From positions 167,333 to 231,332 of the forward strand of contig CAVWJB010000001.1 of assembly GCA_963755285.1 (NCBI GenBank): a stretch of DNA of 64,000 nt, read 5' to 3'. This stretch comes from an uncultured Chloroflexia bacterium. Its GTDB lineage: Bacteria > Chloroflexota > Limnocylindria > Limnocylindrales > CSP1-4. Both the position numbers and the translations under genes were made by a program. The notes beneath the pieces were generated by a model that saw only the letters and a list, made by a program, of their open reading frames with translations, did not search any database and was not told the DNA's origin. How positions within the stretch are numbered: position 1 is the stretch's first letter; every line of letters begins with the position of its first letter. This document shows positions 28,802-38,133 of this stretch, in pieces.

Positions 28802-29860
28802 TCAGTCGATCGGACCGTCCGTCGCCGTCTCGTGCCGGGCCGCGCGCAACCGGATGTGGGTGAACGGGATCCGGACCTCGCGGAAGACCTCGGTCGAGAC
28901 GAGGAAGCCGCTGAACAGGAGGATCACTCCGATCAGCTTCCCGAGCTGGTAGTAGTCGGTGGTCCCGAACCGGTTGAGGCTGTCGGTCACAGCCGGGATC
29001 AGCCCGCCTAGCGCGATGAGCGCAGTCGCCGGGGCACGGCTGTTCATCTGGCCGCCGAGGAACGCCCGCACGGCCAGCGGGACGGATGCCAGGAAGTTCA
29101 CCAGGATCGCGAATGGCGAGATGAGCAGGTTGAACAGGAACTCGTCGCCCGGCTGGTTGGGATCGAGCGAGTAGTCCAGCACCCGGCGCTTCGGCATGAA
29201 GACATAGGTCGAGAACACCGCCCCGAGGACGAGGACGGCGGCACCGGTCACGTTCATGAACGGGGTCAGCAGGCGGAGGCTGCCCGGGAAGAGCGCCGCG
29301 GTCGGCGCCCCGGTCGCCGGGTCGAGCGCATAGCCCGGCGGCGGGAGCGTCGTCGAGATCATCAGGATGATGCTGAGGACCGTGGCCCCGACCACCGCCA
29401 GTGCGGCCAGCTGCGGCCAGCGCTCGTTGGCGAAGTAGGTCTCGACGCCGATCGCGATCGCCAGCACCAGGGCGGCGAGGAAGTACAGGATCGGCGCGCT
29501 GCCGGCGTCGGCGTACTTCGGGCTGTTCCGGAGCGCGAACATGATCAGCCCGGCGAACAGCAGGCAGGCGGCGAACGTGTAGCCGAACCGCGTTCGACCG
29601 AGCAGGAACGCCGTGCCGAGTCCCAGCCAGCCGGCGGTCCACACGGCGCCGGTCAGGTACCAGGTCCGGTAGAGCGGCTCGGACCAGCCGCTCGCCGCGG
29701 CGATGGCTTCGCAGCCTGCCGCGATCCCGAAGAAGAGCATCCCGAACGTCCAGACCAGCTGGTAGGCGCGCCGTCGCTCGAGCCACTGGTCGAGCACGAA
29801 CAGGCTGAACACGATCGCGAGGATCGAGGTCAGCGCTGGCAGGACGACGGTCAGGTTCAT
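28802..29860 (-). CDS. polytopic membrane protein, unknown function
   Basis: 352-aa ORF with about 10 hydrophobic helices. I recognise no motif. Confidence 0.75.
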   Translation of the reverse strand: MNLTVVLPALTSILAIVFSLFVLDQWLERRRAYQLVWTFGMLFFGIAAGCEAIAAASGWSEPLYRTWYLTGAVWTAGWLGLGTAFLLGRTRFGYTFAACLLFAGLIMFALRNSPKYADAGSAPILYFLAALVLAIAIGVETYFANERWPQLAALAVVGATVLSIILMISTTLPPPGYALDPATGAPTAALFPGSLRLLTPFMNVTGAAVLVLGAVFSTYVFMPKRRVLDYSLDPNQPGDEFLFNLLISPFAILVNFLASVPLAVRAFLGGQMNSRAPATALIALGGLIPAVTDSLNRFGTTDYYQLGKLIGVILLFSGFLVSTEVFREVRIPFTHIRLRAARHETATDGPID

Positions 29861-29933
29861 CGATCGAGGTCTCGGCTCGCGGCTCGGCCCGCTGTCGGGT
29901 GCGTCGGCACGGTTGGTGGCTCGGTCCGAACGA

Positions 29934-30287
29934 TCAGGCGGGGACGAACTCGTGAGCGTCCCGATGGAGGCCGTCGCACAGGCCCCAGCGCGGTTCGTCG
30001 CCGGGGATCGCGACCGGACGCATCAGCTCACGCACCTCGCCCCGTCGGCAGAAGAGATAGCCCTTGTCCGCCATCCAGCGCCGGACGTGGGCCGGGTCGG
30101 GGTGGAACTGGAACGGGCCGGGGTTTACTGCGGGCCGATCGGTCCACGAGGCGGCCGATTCGGGCGCGACGATGTCGAGGAGGTTGATCCGCCAGGGTGT
30201 GCCGTAGATGATCTCGAGGCAACCGTCGCAGCGCGTCGCGACGTTGTCCTTGACGATCGTCCGAATCTGGACGCCCATGATCTCCAT
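29934..30287 (-). CDS. hypothetical protein
   Basis: MEIMGVQIRTIVKDNVATRCDGCLEIIYGTPWRINLL..HPDPAHVRRWMADKGYLFCRRG. The track start (TTG 30350) overlaps the tRNA, so I trimmed to ATG 30287. Confidence 0.5.
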   Translation of the reverse strand: MEIMGVQIRTIVKDNVATRCDGCLEIIYGTPWRINLLDIVAPESAASWTDRPAVNPGPFQFHPDPAHVRRWMADKGYLFCRRGEVRELMRPVAIPGDEPRWGLCDGLHRDAHEFVPA

Positions 30288-30338
30288 CGGATCGATCGTA
30301 GCAGGTGCGCTGGACGGCGGCCGCGGCCGACCCGGGGC

Positions 30339-30415
30339 TGGTGCCCCCAAGGGGATTCGAACCCCTGATCTCCACCTTGAAAGGGTGGCGTCCTAGGCCT
30401 CTAGACGATGGGGGC
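30339..30415 (-). tRNA. tRNA-Glu (anticodon UUC), CCA encoded
   Basis: The minus strand reads GCCCCCATCGTCTAGAGGCCTAGGACGCCACCCTTTCAAGGTGGAGATCAGGGGTTCGAATCCCCTTGGGGGCACCA. The 7-bp acceptor stem is GCCCCCA/TGGGGGC, the anticodon loop is CTTTCAA, and the T-loop is GGTTCGAATCC. Confidence 0.95.
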
Positions 30416-30489
30416 CGGGCGCGGCCGAGTCTACCAGAGGGTCCGCCGCCGACCAGGCGGACCGGCCCGGAGCCCGCGGACCCGACGCC

Positions 30490-30886
30490 CTATCTCAGGG
30501 TCAGGCTCAGGATGATCGCGGCGGCGAACGAGCCAGCGGCGACGAGGACACAGATCCCGCCGAGGAGGGCGTAGATGAACGCCCGGCCGCTCTCGCCATC
30601 CCGCGCTCGGTCGAACGCCGCCCAGGCTCCGGCCAGGGCGAGCAGGACGAACACGATCCCGCTGATGAACTCGCCGGCGGTGAGCATCGGGATCTGGGTC
30701 GCATCGCGGGCGAGCAACCCGTAGGCCACGACGGCCGACGACGCGATGAGAGCAATCCCGAGGAACGCGCGCAGCGGCGTGAGCCGTGGGCCCCGGGGCT
30801 CACGCTCGGACTCGTCGACGGGTGGCGCCGCCGCAGGCGCCTGGTAGGGCTCGCCGGCCGATCGGCCGCTGGTTCGGCTCGGTCAT
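30490..30886 (-). CDS. small three-TM membrane protein; needs a frameshift near 30856 (or a non-canonical start) to include its first helix
   Basis: The frame of track ORF 30490..30729 stays open and coding-like upstream (GEPYQAPAAAPPVDESEREPRGPRLTPLRAFLGIALIASSAVV) but has no ATG/GTG/TTG. An ATG at 30886 is one base out of frame. Confidence 0.45.
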
Positions 30887-30955
30887 GGAGCCGCCGTTCT
30901 CGGATTCACGTTCCGAGCCTACCAGCGGCGCCCGATCGAGCGCGCCACCGGCCGG

Positions 30956-31581
30956 TCAGGACGTGGGATCCGGCCCGCGCCGCGAACGGTGGTAGACGGC
31001 GACGTTGTAGCTGAGACGCGGGCGCGACAGCTCGGCCCCGATCGCCTTCCCGGTCACGCCGAACAGCTCCTCGAGCACCGATCGCGCCTCGTCGAGCGAG
31101 GCGAACGTCCAGAAGCAGTGGATGACCCGGATCCGGAAACCGTTGCTCAGGTACCAGCCGTCACGCCGAGTCCAGCTGCCGTACTCGGGCAGCTCGCCGC
31201 GGAGACGCGAGACGTCGTCGCGGCCATAGTCGTGGACGACGAGCAGCCGGCCGTCGGGCCGCAGCACCCGCTCCGCTTCGGCCAGCTCGTCGGGGCTCGG
31301 CGCCCGGAACGACGACCAGAGTCCGACCACGACATCGACCGACCCGCCGGGCGCGGCCAGTTGCCCGCCGTTGGCCGCGGTCGGACTGGTCGTGACCCTG
31401 GCGCCGAGTCGGCCCAGCTCGGCTGCCCGTCGTCCACCATCGCGTCGACCAGCAGCACGTCCCGACCGCCGACCGGGCCGAGGGCCTCGAGGGCACGGGG
31501 AATCTTGCCCTCGACATCGAGACAGGCGGCCAATCGCGCGGCGAGCCCCGGGTCGGCGGGAGCGAACGGGAGGTCGGACAT
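30956..31581 (-). CDS. SAM-dependent methyltransferase-like protein, frameshifted as assembled (~31440)
   Basis: MSDLPFAPADPGLAARLAACLDVEGKIPRALEALGPVGGRDVLLVDA is in ORF 31147..31581. It continues as GGRRAAELGRLGARVT..VDVVVGLWSSF..VLRPDGRLLVVHDYG in ORF 30956..31603. Confidence 0.7.
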
Positions 31582-31642
31582 GAAGAAGCGCGAAGGATAG
31601 CACCGGGTCCGGGCGACCCCGACCCGAGTTCCCCAGACCGGG

Positions 31643-32045
31643 TCAGGGCTGGTCGAAGTAGACCCGGACGTCCTGCCGGAGCAGCCCCCGGAACAGGACG
31701 ATCGCGAGCGCCGCGAAGAACAGGGCGGCGACCAGGCCGGTGCTGGCGAGGGTGAAGCTGAAGAACGCCAGGGGGACGGCCGGGATCGTCAGGCTGGCCA
31801 GGCCGAGGGCGAGACCCCGGGCGACCTCCTTCCGCTGCAGCACGACGCGTGATCGTGAAGATCGTGTAGGCGAGCAGGATCATCACCAGGACCCCCGGCA
31901 GGCTGACCGGAGCCGAGATCGCCATGTCGATCACGAAGCGCAGCGACAGCCCGATGATCACCAGGATCCCGAACGCGTAGACGAGGAACACCCGAACGCC
32001 GGCCGGCATCCGCGGTTTCGGTTCGGCCGGGGGATCGGTGGTCAT
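31643..32045 (-). CDS. four-TM membrane protein, frameshifted as assembled (~31846)
   Basis: MTTDPPAEPKPRMPAGVRVFLVYAFGILVIIGLSLRFVIDMAISAPVSLPGVLVMILLAYTIFTITR is in the frame of ORF 31161..32360. It then continues as VLQRKEVARGLALGLASLTIPAVPLAFFSF.. in ORF 31643..31843. Confidence 0.6.
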
Positions 32046-32209
32046 CGCCGCCGATTCTGCCACGGGCCATGGCGGCGGCCCGCGGCGTTGGGACCCGTCC
32101 GCGACACGGAAGGCCGCCGGGAGGGTACCCTCTGCCGGAAGCGGGCCACGCCCGCCATCTCGATCCCCAACACGCCGCTGCCCTCGGCGTCCTCCATCGA
32201 GGCAGGTCT

Positions 32210-33172
32210 GTGAGCAACGAACCCAAACGTCAATCGAACAGTGCCGGCGCGACCGGCGGTCGCCCGACGGGACAGGCCGCGGGCGAGCCGCCGTCCCATG
32301 GCCCCGACGGCGGGACGCGCCGCGGCCGCCGAGAGCGGGAGCGCGAGCGCGGTCGAGCAAGGGCCCGGACCTACGCTCCGAGCCGCCGGCCGTTCCTCGA
32401 GCGCCATCGGGGTGAGGTTCTCGGGCTGATCGCGATCGTGGCGATCGTCCTCGCCGGCGGGTTCGTGTTCATCCAGGCGAACAGCAAGGCGTATGCCTGC
32501 ACGACGCTGACCGATCCGGCTCCTCCGGCGACCCCCCTGCCGAACGGGTCGCCGGCGCCGCTCGGGCAGGTCCAGCCGGACATGGGCAAGAACCATCTCC
32601 TGCCACCCGAGCCGCAGCGCTACACGCAGTGCCCGCCGGCCTCCGGGAACCACTACGCGCCGCCCGGCGGACCGATCACCGCTCGCTACTACGGGCCGGA
32701 CGACTCGACCCTGCCGGAAGGCTGGATCCACAACCTCGAGCATGGCGGCCTGGTCATCCTGTACAGCTGCGACAAGGGCGCCTGCGACGACGCGACCCAG
32801 CAGGCGCTCCAGGAGCTGTTCAAGTCGTTCCCGGACAGCCCGGTGTGCAAGATACCCAGGGGCAACATCAGCCCGGTCATCGCCCGGTTCGAGGACATGA
32901 AGGCGCCGATCGCGGCGATGCTCTGGGGTCGGATCCTGTTCCAGGACAAGCTCGACACGGCCCAGATCCTCGAGTTCTTCAACACGCAGGCGGAGCTCCA
33001 CAACCCGGAGCCACAGTGCGCCCGGCCGACGCCCACGCCGGCCTCCGCGCCGTCGACGGAGCCGAGCGGGTCGCCGGCGGGTTCGCCGAGCGGCTCCCCG
33101 GGCACATCACCGACCGCCGCTCCATCGACCAGCCCGGCAGCCAGCCCGGCCGCGTCGCCCAGCCCGTCCTGA
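32210..33172 (+). CDS. DUF3105-like membrane-anchored protein with Ser/Pro-rich tail
   Basis: GTG at 32210 with GAGG 7 nt upstream. TM helix, then CPPASGNHY..GWIHNLEHGGLVILYSC.. Confidence 0.75.
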   Translation: MSNEPKRQSNSAGATGGRPTGQAAGEPPSHGPDGGTRRGRRERERERGRARARTYAPSRRPFLERHRGEVLGLIAIVAIVLAGGFVFIQANSKAYACTTLTDPAPPATPLPNGSPAPLGQVQPDMGKNHLLPPEPQRYTQCPPASGNHYAPPGGPITARYYGPDDSTLPEGWIHNLEHGGLVILYSCDKGACDDATQQALQELFKSFPDSPVCKIPRGNISPVIARFEDMKAPIAAMLWGRILFQDKLDTAQILEFFNTQAELHNPEPQCARPTPTPASAPSTEPSGSPAGSPSGSPGTSPTAAPSTSPAASPAASPSPS

Positions 33173-33185
33173 TCGAGGACCGCCA

Positions 33186-34152
33186 ATGCGGCTCTACGCC
33201 TACCGATCGCGCAACGGCTACGACCGGTTCGGCGTGCTCGTCGAGGACGGGCTCGCTGACCGGCAAGCAGCTCGAGCGCACCGGGCGGCTCAAGCTCGAC
33301 GCGATGTTCGGGCTTTACCTGCGGCTGACCTGGGCGTCGAACACCGGCCGGGACTGGACCGCCGAGCTGCGAAAGGCCGCCCAGGCCGCGCTTCGCGGCG
33401 GCGCCAAGCCAGTCTCGCCGCTCGATCGGAGGCCCGCCCCCGCGATCGTCCCGGGCAAGGTCATCTGCGTCGGGCTGAACTACCTCGACCACGTCGAGGA
33501 GCAGTCGATCGAGCGGCCGGACCGGCCGCTGATCTTCGCCAAGTTCCCGGCCTCGGTCATCGGCGACGGCGAGCCGATCGTCAGGCCGGCCGGGACGCAC
33601 GCCCTCGACCTCGAAGCCGAGCTCGGCGTGGTCGTCGGCAAGCGGGCCAGCCGGGTCAGGGCGGCGGACGCGATGAGCCATGTCGCCGGCTACGTCGTCG
33701 GCAATGACGTGTCGGCTCGCGACTGGCAAGGGGTCAAGCCGGCGCTGGAGCCGGGCGAGCACGGCGACGGCCAGTGGCTCAGGGCGAAGGGCTCCGACAC
33801 GTTCTACCCGATGGGTCCGGTGTTCGTGACCGCCGACGAGTTCGATGGCCCGCCGGACCTGCCGATCCGCTCGTGGCGAACCCCCGGCTCCGGGCCCGAC
33901 GCCGGCACCCCGATCCAGATGCAGGATGGCCGGACCGGCAACACCGTCTTCGACATCCCGACCCTGATCGAATACATCAGCGCGACGATCACGCTCGAGC
34001 CCGGCGACGTCATCTCGACCGGAACGCCGGCCGGCGTCGGGGCGTTCCGGGAGCCGCCGGTCTTCCTCCAGCCGGGGGACCGCGTTCGGATCGAGATCGA
34101 GGGGATCGGCTCAGTGGAGAACCCGGTCGTCGACCCAACGGAGACGGACTGA
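33186..34152 (+). CDS. fumarylacetoacetate hydrolase (FAH) family protein, frameshifted as assembled (~33250)
   Basis: MRLYAYRSRNGYDRFGVLVEDG is in ORF 33186..33707. The continuation SLTGKQLE..KVICVGLNYLDHVEE..PLIFAKF..DLEAELGVVVG..GTPAGVG is in the frame of ORF 32629..34152. Confidence 0.85.
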
Positions 34153-34163
34153 CGGCGGCGACG

Positions 34164-35196
34164 ATGCTCGCCCTGGTCAAGGCGGCGGCCGGCCCCGGGC
34201 TCGAGCTGCGCGAGGTCCCGCGCCCGTCGATCGGGATCAACGATGTCCTCGTTCGCGTCCACCGAACCGGGATCTGCGGGACCGACCTCCACATCGAGGC
34301 GTGGGATCCGTGGGCCGCGGCCACGATCCAGCCGCCGCTCGTGGTCGGCCATGAGTTTGCCGGCGAGATCGTCGAGGTCGGGTCGAACGTGACGGACTTC
34401 CACCCGGGCGACCTCGTCAGCGGCGAGGGCCATGTCGTCTGCGGCCGGTGCCGCCACTGCCTCGCCGGCCGGCGCCACCTGTGCGCCCAGGCGATCGGCC
34501 TCGGTGTCGGTCGCGACGGTGCGTTCGCCGAGTACGTCGTCCTGCCGATGACGAACATCTGGCACCACTGGCCGGGGATCGACCCGGAGGTCGCCGCGAT
34601 CTTCGACCCGTTCGGCAACGCGGTCCACACCGCCCTGGCCTTCCCGATCCTCGGCGAGGACGTGCTGGTCAGTGGGGCGGGCCCGATCGGGCTCATGGCC
34701 ACGGCCGTGGCGCGTCACGCCGGCGCCCGGTTCGTGGTCGTCTCGGAACCGAACCCGTACCGGCGCGAGCTGGCCATTCGGATGGGCGCGACCGTCGCCG
34801 TCGACCCGAACGAGCGCGACCTGGCCGAGGTCGGTGCCGAGCTCGGCATGGTCGAGGGCTACGATGTGGCCCTCGAGATGTCGGGCAACGCCGCGGCGCT
34901 CCGGGCGGCGATCGACGCCATGGCGCACGGAGGCGGCGTGGCGATCCTGGGGATCCCGACGGCCGAGATCTCGATCGACGTGAACAAGATCGTGTTCAAG
35001 ATGCTCACCCTGCAGGGGATCTACGGCCGGGAGATGTACGAGACCTGGTACAAGATGACGGTGATGCTCCAGTCGGGGCTCGACATCCGCCCGGCGATCA
35101 CCCATCGCTTCGGGTTCCGCGAGTTCGAGGCGGCATTTGCGGCGGCCCGCTCGGGCGAATTCCGGCAAGGTGCTCATGGACTGGCAGACGGGCTGA
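34164..35196 (+). CDS. tdh: L-threonine 3-dehydrogenase, frameshifted near the 3' end as assembled (~35162)
   Basis: HRTGICGTDLHI..GHEFAGEIVEVG..GEGHVVCGRCRHCLAGRRHLC. After ..AARSGEF the usual ending GKVLMDWQTG* is in the +1 frame, with stop TGA at 35194-35196. Confidence 0.88.
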
Positions 35197-35212
35197 GCAT
35201 GGGGCACATCCG

Positions 35213-36439
35213 ATGACGCGCACGGCACGACCCGACCCGCTCGCCTTCCTCGCCGAGGAGCTCGAGGACCTTCGCTCGCGGCAGCTCTACCGGCCGCTCC
35301 GGGTGATGAGCTCGGCCCAGGGTCCGATCGTGTCGATCGACGATCGTCGGCTCGTCAGCCTGTCCTCCAACGACTACCTCGGGCTCACCCACCATCCGCG
35401 GCTGCGCGCCGCGGCCCTCGCGGCCGTCGAGCGGTTCGGGGCCGGATCCGGCGCGGTTCGCACGATCGCCGGGACGATGACCCTCCACGAGGAGCTCGAG
35501 GCGGAGCTGGCCCGGTTCAAGGGCGTCGCCGCCACGCTCACGTTCCAGTCCGGCTTCACGGCCAACACGGGCGTCATCCCGACCCTGACCGGCGAGCAGG
35601 ACCTCATCGTCTCCGACGCGCTCAACCATGCCTCGATCATCGACGGGATGCGCCTCTCGAAGGCGCCCCGCAAGATCTACCCCCATCGGGACGTCGAGGG
35701 GCTGCGCGAGATCCTGGCCGATGCCGAGGAGCACGGCCGACCCGAGACCGGGCTGCCCTACCGGTTGGTCCTGGTGGTGACCGACGGCGTGTTCAGCATG
35801 GACGGCGACATCGCGCCGCTGCCCGGGATCGTCGAGGCGGCCGAGGAGTTCGGTGCCGCGGTGATGGTCGACGACGCGCATGCTTCGGGCGTCCTCGGCC
35901 GGAACGGTCGGGGCAGCGTCGACCACTTCGGGCTCCACGGCCGGGTGGCGATCCAGGTCGGCACGCTGTCGAAGGCGGTCGGCGTGCTCGGCGGGTACGT
36001 TGCCGGCTCGCAGGACCTGCGTGACATCCTGACCCAGCGGGCTCGCCCGTTCCTCTTCTCGACCTCGCACCCGCCGGCGGTGGCGGCCGCCTGCCTCGAG
36101 GCGATCCACGTCCTCGAGGACGAGCCCGAGCTCATCGAGCGCCTCTGGACGAACACCAGGCGCTTCAAGGCGGAGCTCGTCCGGCTCGGGTTCGACACCG
36201 GCGCGTCGGAGACACCGATCACCCCGGTGATGATGGGCGACTCGGCGACCGCGGCCCGGTTCAGCGACCGGCTGTTCGCCGAGGGCGTCTTCGCCCAGCC
36301 GATCGTCTTCCCGACGGTCGCCCTCGACAAGGCCAGGATCCGGACGATCGTCACGGCCGCCCACAGCGACGAGCAGCTCGATCTCGCCCTGGCCGCGTTC
36401 GATCGAATCGGACGCGAGACGGGTCTCACGGCGGGGTGA
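35213..36439 (+). CDS. kbl: glycine C-acetyltransferase (2-amino-3-ketobutyrate CoA ligase)
   Basis: SNDYLGL..FQSGFTANTG..DALNHASIIDG..DDAHASG..GTLSKA (PLP lysine). The gene is intact. Confidence 0.93.
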   Translation: MTRTARPDPLAFLAEELEDLRSRQLYRPLRVMSSAQGPIVSIDDRRLVSLSSNDYLGLTHHPRLRAAALAAVERFGAGSGAVRTIAGTMTLHEELEAELARFKGVAATLTFQSGFTANTGVIPTLTGEQDLIVSDALNHASIIDGMRLSKAPRKIYPHRDVEGLREILADAEEHGRPETGLPYRLVLVVTDGVFSMDGDIAPLPGIVEAAEEFGAAVMVDDAHASGVLGRNGRGSVDHFGLHGRVAIQVGTLSKAVGVLGGYVAGSQDLRDILTQRARPFLFSTSHPPAVAAACLEAIHVLEDEPELIERLWTNTRRFKAELVRLGFDTGASETPITPVMMGDSATAARFSDRLFAEGVFAQPIVFPTVALDKARIRTIVTAAHSDEQLDLALAAFDRIGRETGLTAG

Positions 36440-37304
36440 CCTCGCCCGACCCGACGGTCGACCCCCAGGCCCGCGACCTCCCGCTCGACGCCCACCTCCA
36501 CACCGACCGGTCGAGCGACAGCGACGTCCCGATCGACGCCTACGCCGCGGCAGCGGTCGAGCGCGGGATCGCCGAGCTCGTCATCACCGACCACATCGAC
36601 TTCGACCCGCGCTGGCCGAACTTCGGGCCGGACGTCGCCGAGCGCGAACGGGTCGTCCGCGATGCCGCCGAGCGCTGGGCGCCGCTCGGAGTCGCGATCC
36701 GGTTCGGCCTCGAGGTCTCGTACGAGTCGGCCCGCGAGGCTGACATCCGCGACCACCTGGCCGGCCACCCCTACGACTTCGTGATCGGCTCGGTCCACGT
36801 CGGGCCCGAGTCGCCGTATCACGTCGTCGCGCGTCGACCGGTGGGTGGCCGGCAAGACCATCGACGAGATCGTCGCGCCGTACTTCGGCGAAGTCGAGTC
36901 GGCGGCGCGGAGCGGGCTGTTCGACGCCCTCGGGCACCTCGACTTCGTCAAGCGCTACGTCGCCGACCACGTCAGCCCGGCCGCCTTCGCCGAGCGCCTC
37001 GACCTGTACGAGCCGATCCTGCGGGCGTTGATCGACTCGGACACCGGGTTGGAGGTCAACACCAGCGGCCTGCGCCAGGCCCCGCGCGAGACGTACCCGG
37101 GCCCGGCCGTCGTCGCCCGCTTCCGCGAGCTCGGCGGCGTCCGGCTGACCGCCGGGTCCGACGCGCATCGGCAGGACTGGTTCGCCCACGGCCTCGAGGA
37201 CTGGCTACCGGATCGCCGCCGAAGCCGGGTTCGCGGACCTCTTCGTCCGCCGCGGCCGGGAACGCGTCGCGATCGCGTTGCCGGCCCGGTTCAGGCCCGG
37301 GTAG
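36436..37304 (+). pseudogene. PHP-family (HisJ-like) phosphoesterase interrupted by two indels (~36825, ~37202)
   Basis: DAHLHTDRSSDS..ELVITDHIDF..IGSVHVGPESPYH is in frame 1. VDRWVAGKTIDEIVAPYFGEV..GHLDFVKRY..LEVNTSGL..TAGSDAH is in frame 2. GYRIAAEAGFADLFVRRGRERVAIALPARFRPG* is in frame 0. Confidence 0.75.
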
Positions 37305-37333
37305 GCTGGCCCCATGCGCCGAATGCCAGCCGG

Positions 37334-38083
37334 ATGATCGAGCTCACGTCCTCGGAGCGGGCCCCGCCTACACCTCCCGTCCCGGGGCGGTCGGCGCCGC
37401 CTACCTCGTCCAGCACGGTTCCGACGCGATCGTGCTCGACCTCGGCCAGGGCACCTTCACCAACCTCGCCGGGGCGGTCGAGCCGAGCTCGCTTCGGGCG
37501 GTCGTCGTCAGCCATCTCCATCCCGACCATTTCATCGACCTGGTCCCGCTCCGGCACTACCTGCTGTGGGACTTCCGCCCCGGGCGGAGGGTCGCCGTGC
37601 TGGGCCCGACCGATCTCGCCCGGCGGCTCGACGCGCTGCACGACGAGCCGGGTTTCACGGCGGCGTCCCTCGACATCGCCGATCTCGGTGGCGACGGCAT
37701 CCGGCAGCTTGGCCCGTTCACGCTCGAGGCACGTCACATCCGCCACACCGACGACAGCTACGGCTTCAGGGTGAGCGCGGGCTCCGGGCCCGGACTCGTC
37801 TACTCCGGGGACTGCGGCGAGGCCGCTGACCTGACCCGGCTCATCCAGCCCGGCGACACCCTCCTGTGCGAGGCATCGTTCGGGACCGAGACCGGTCGCC
37901 GACGGGTCGGAGCACCTCAACGCGTTCGACGTGGGCCAGCTCGCCCGGGCGACCTCGCCCGGACGGGTTCTCCTGACCCACCTGCTGATGGGCCATGACC
38001 GCGCTGCCGCGGCGGCAGCCGTGCGCGACACGGCCGGGGTGGAGACGACCGTGGTCGACCCCGGGGACCGCTTCTCGATCTGA
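37334..38083 (+). pseudogene. MBL-fold metallo-hydrolase interrupted by two indels (~37347, ~37891)
   Basis: ATG ATC GAG CTC.. starts in one frame. VLGAGPAYTSRPGAVGAAYLV..VVSHLHPDHFIDL..LLCEASFGTE follows in a second frame. PVADGSEHLNAFDVGQLA..VLLTHLL..DPGDRFSI* is in a third frame. Confidence 0.75.
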
Positions 38084-38133
38084 GTCGACCCGCTACGATG
38101 CGCAGCGCACCCTCCGCCCGCAGGAGCCGACCC

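Noticed and set aside
30288-30350. TTG start at 30350 for the hypothetical ORF 29934..30350
   Set aside because: It would overlap the 3' end of tRNA-Glu by 12 nt. Internal ATGs at 30287 and 30278 are more plausible.
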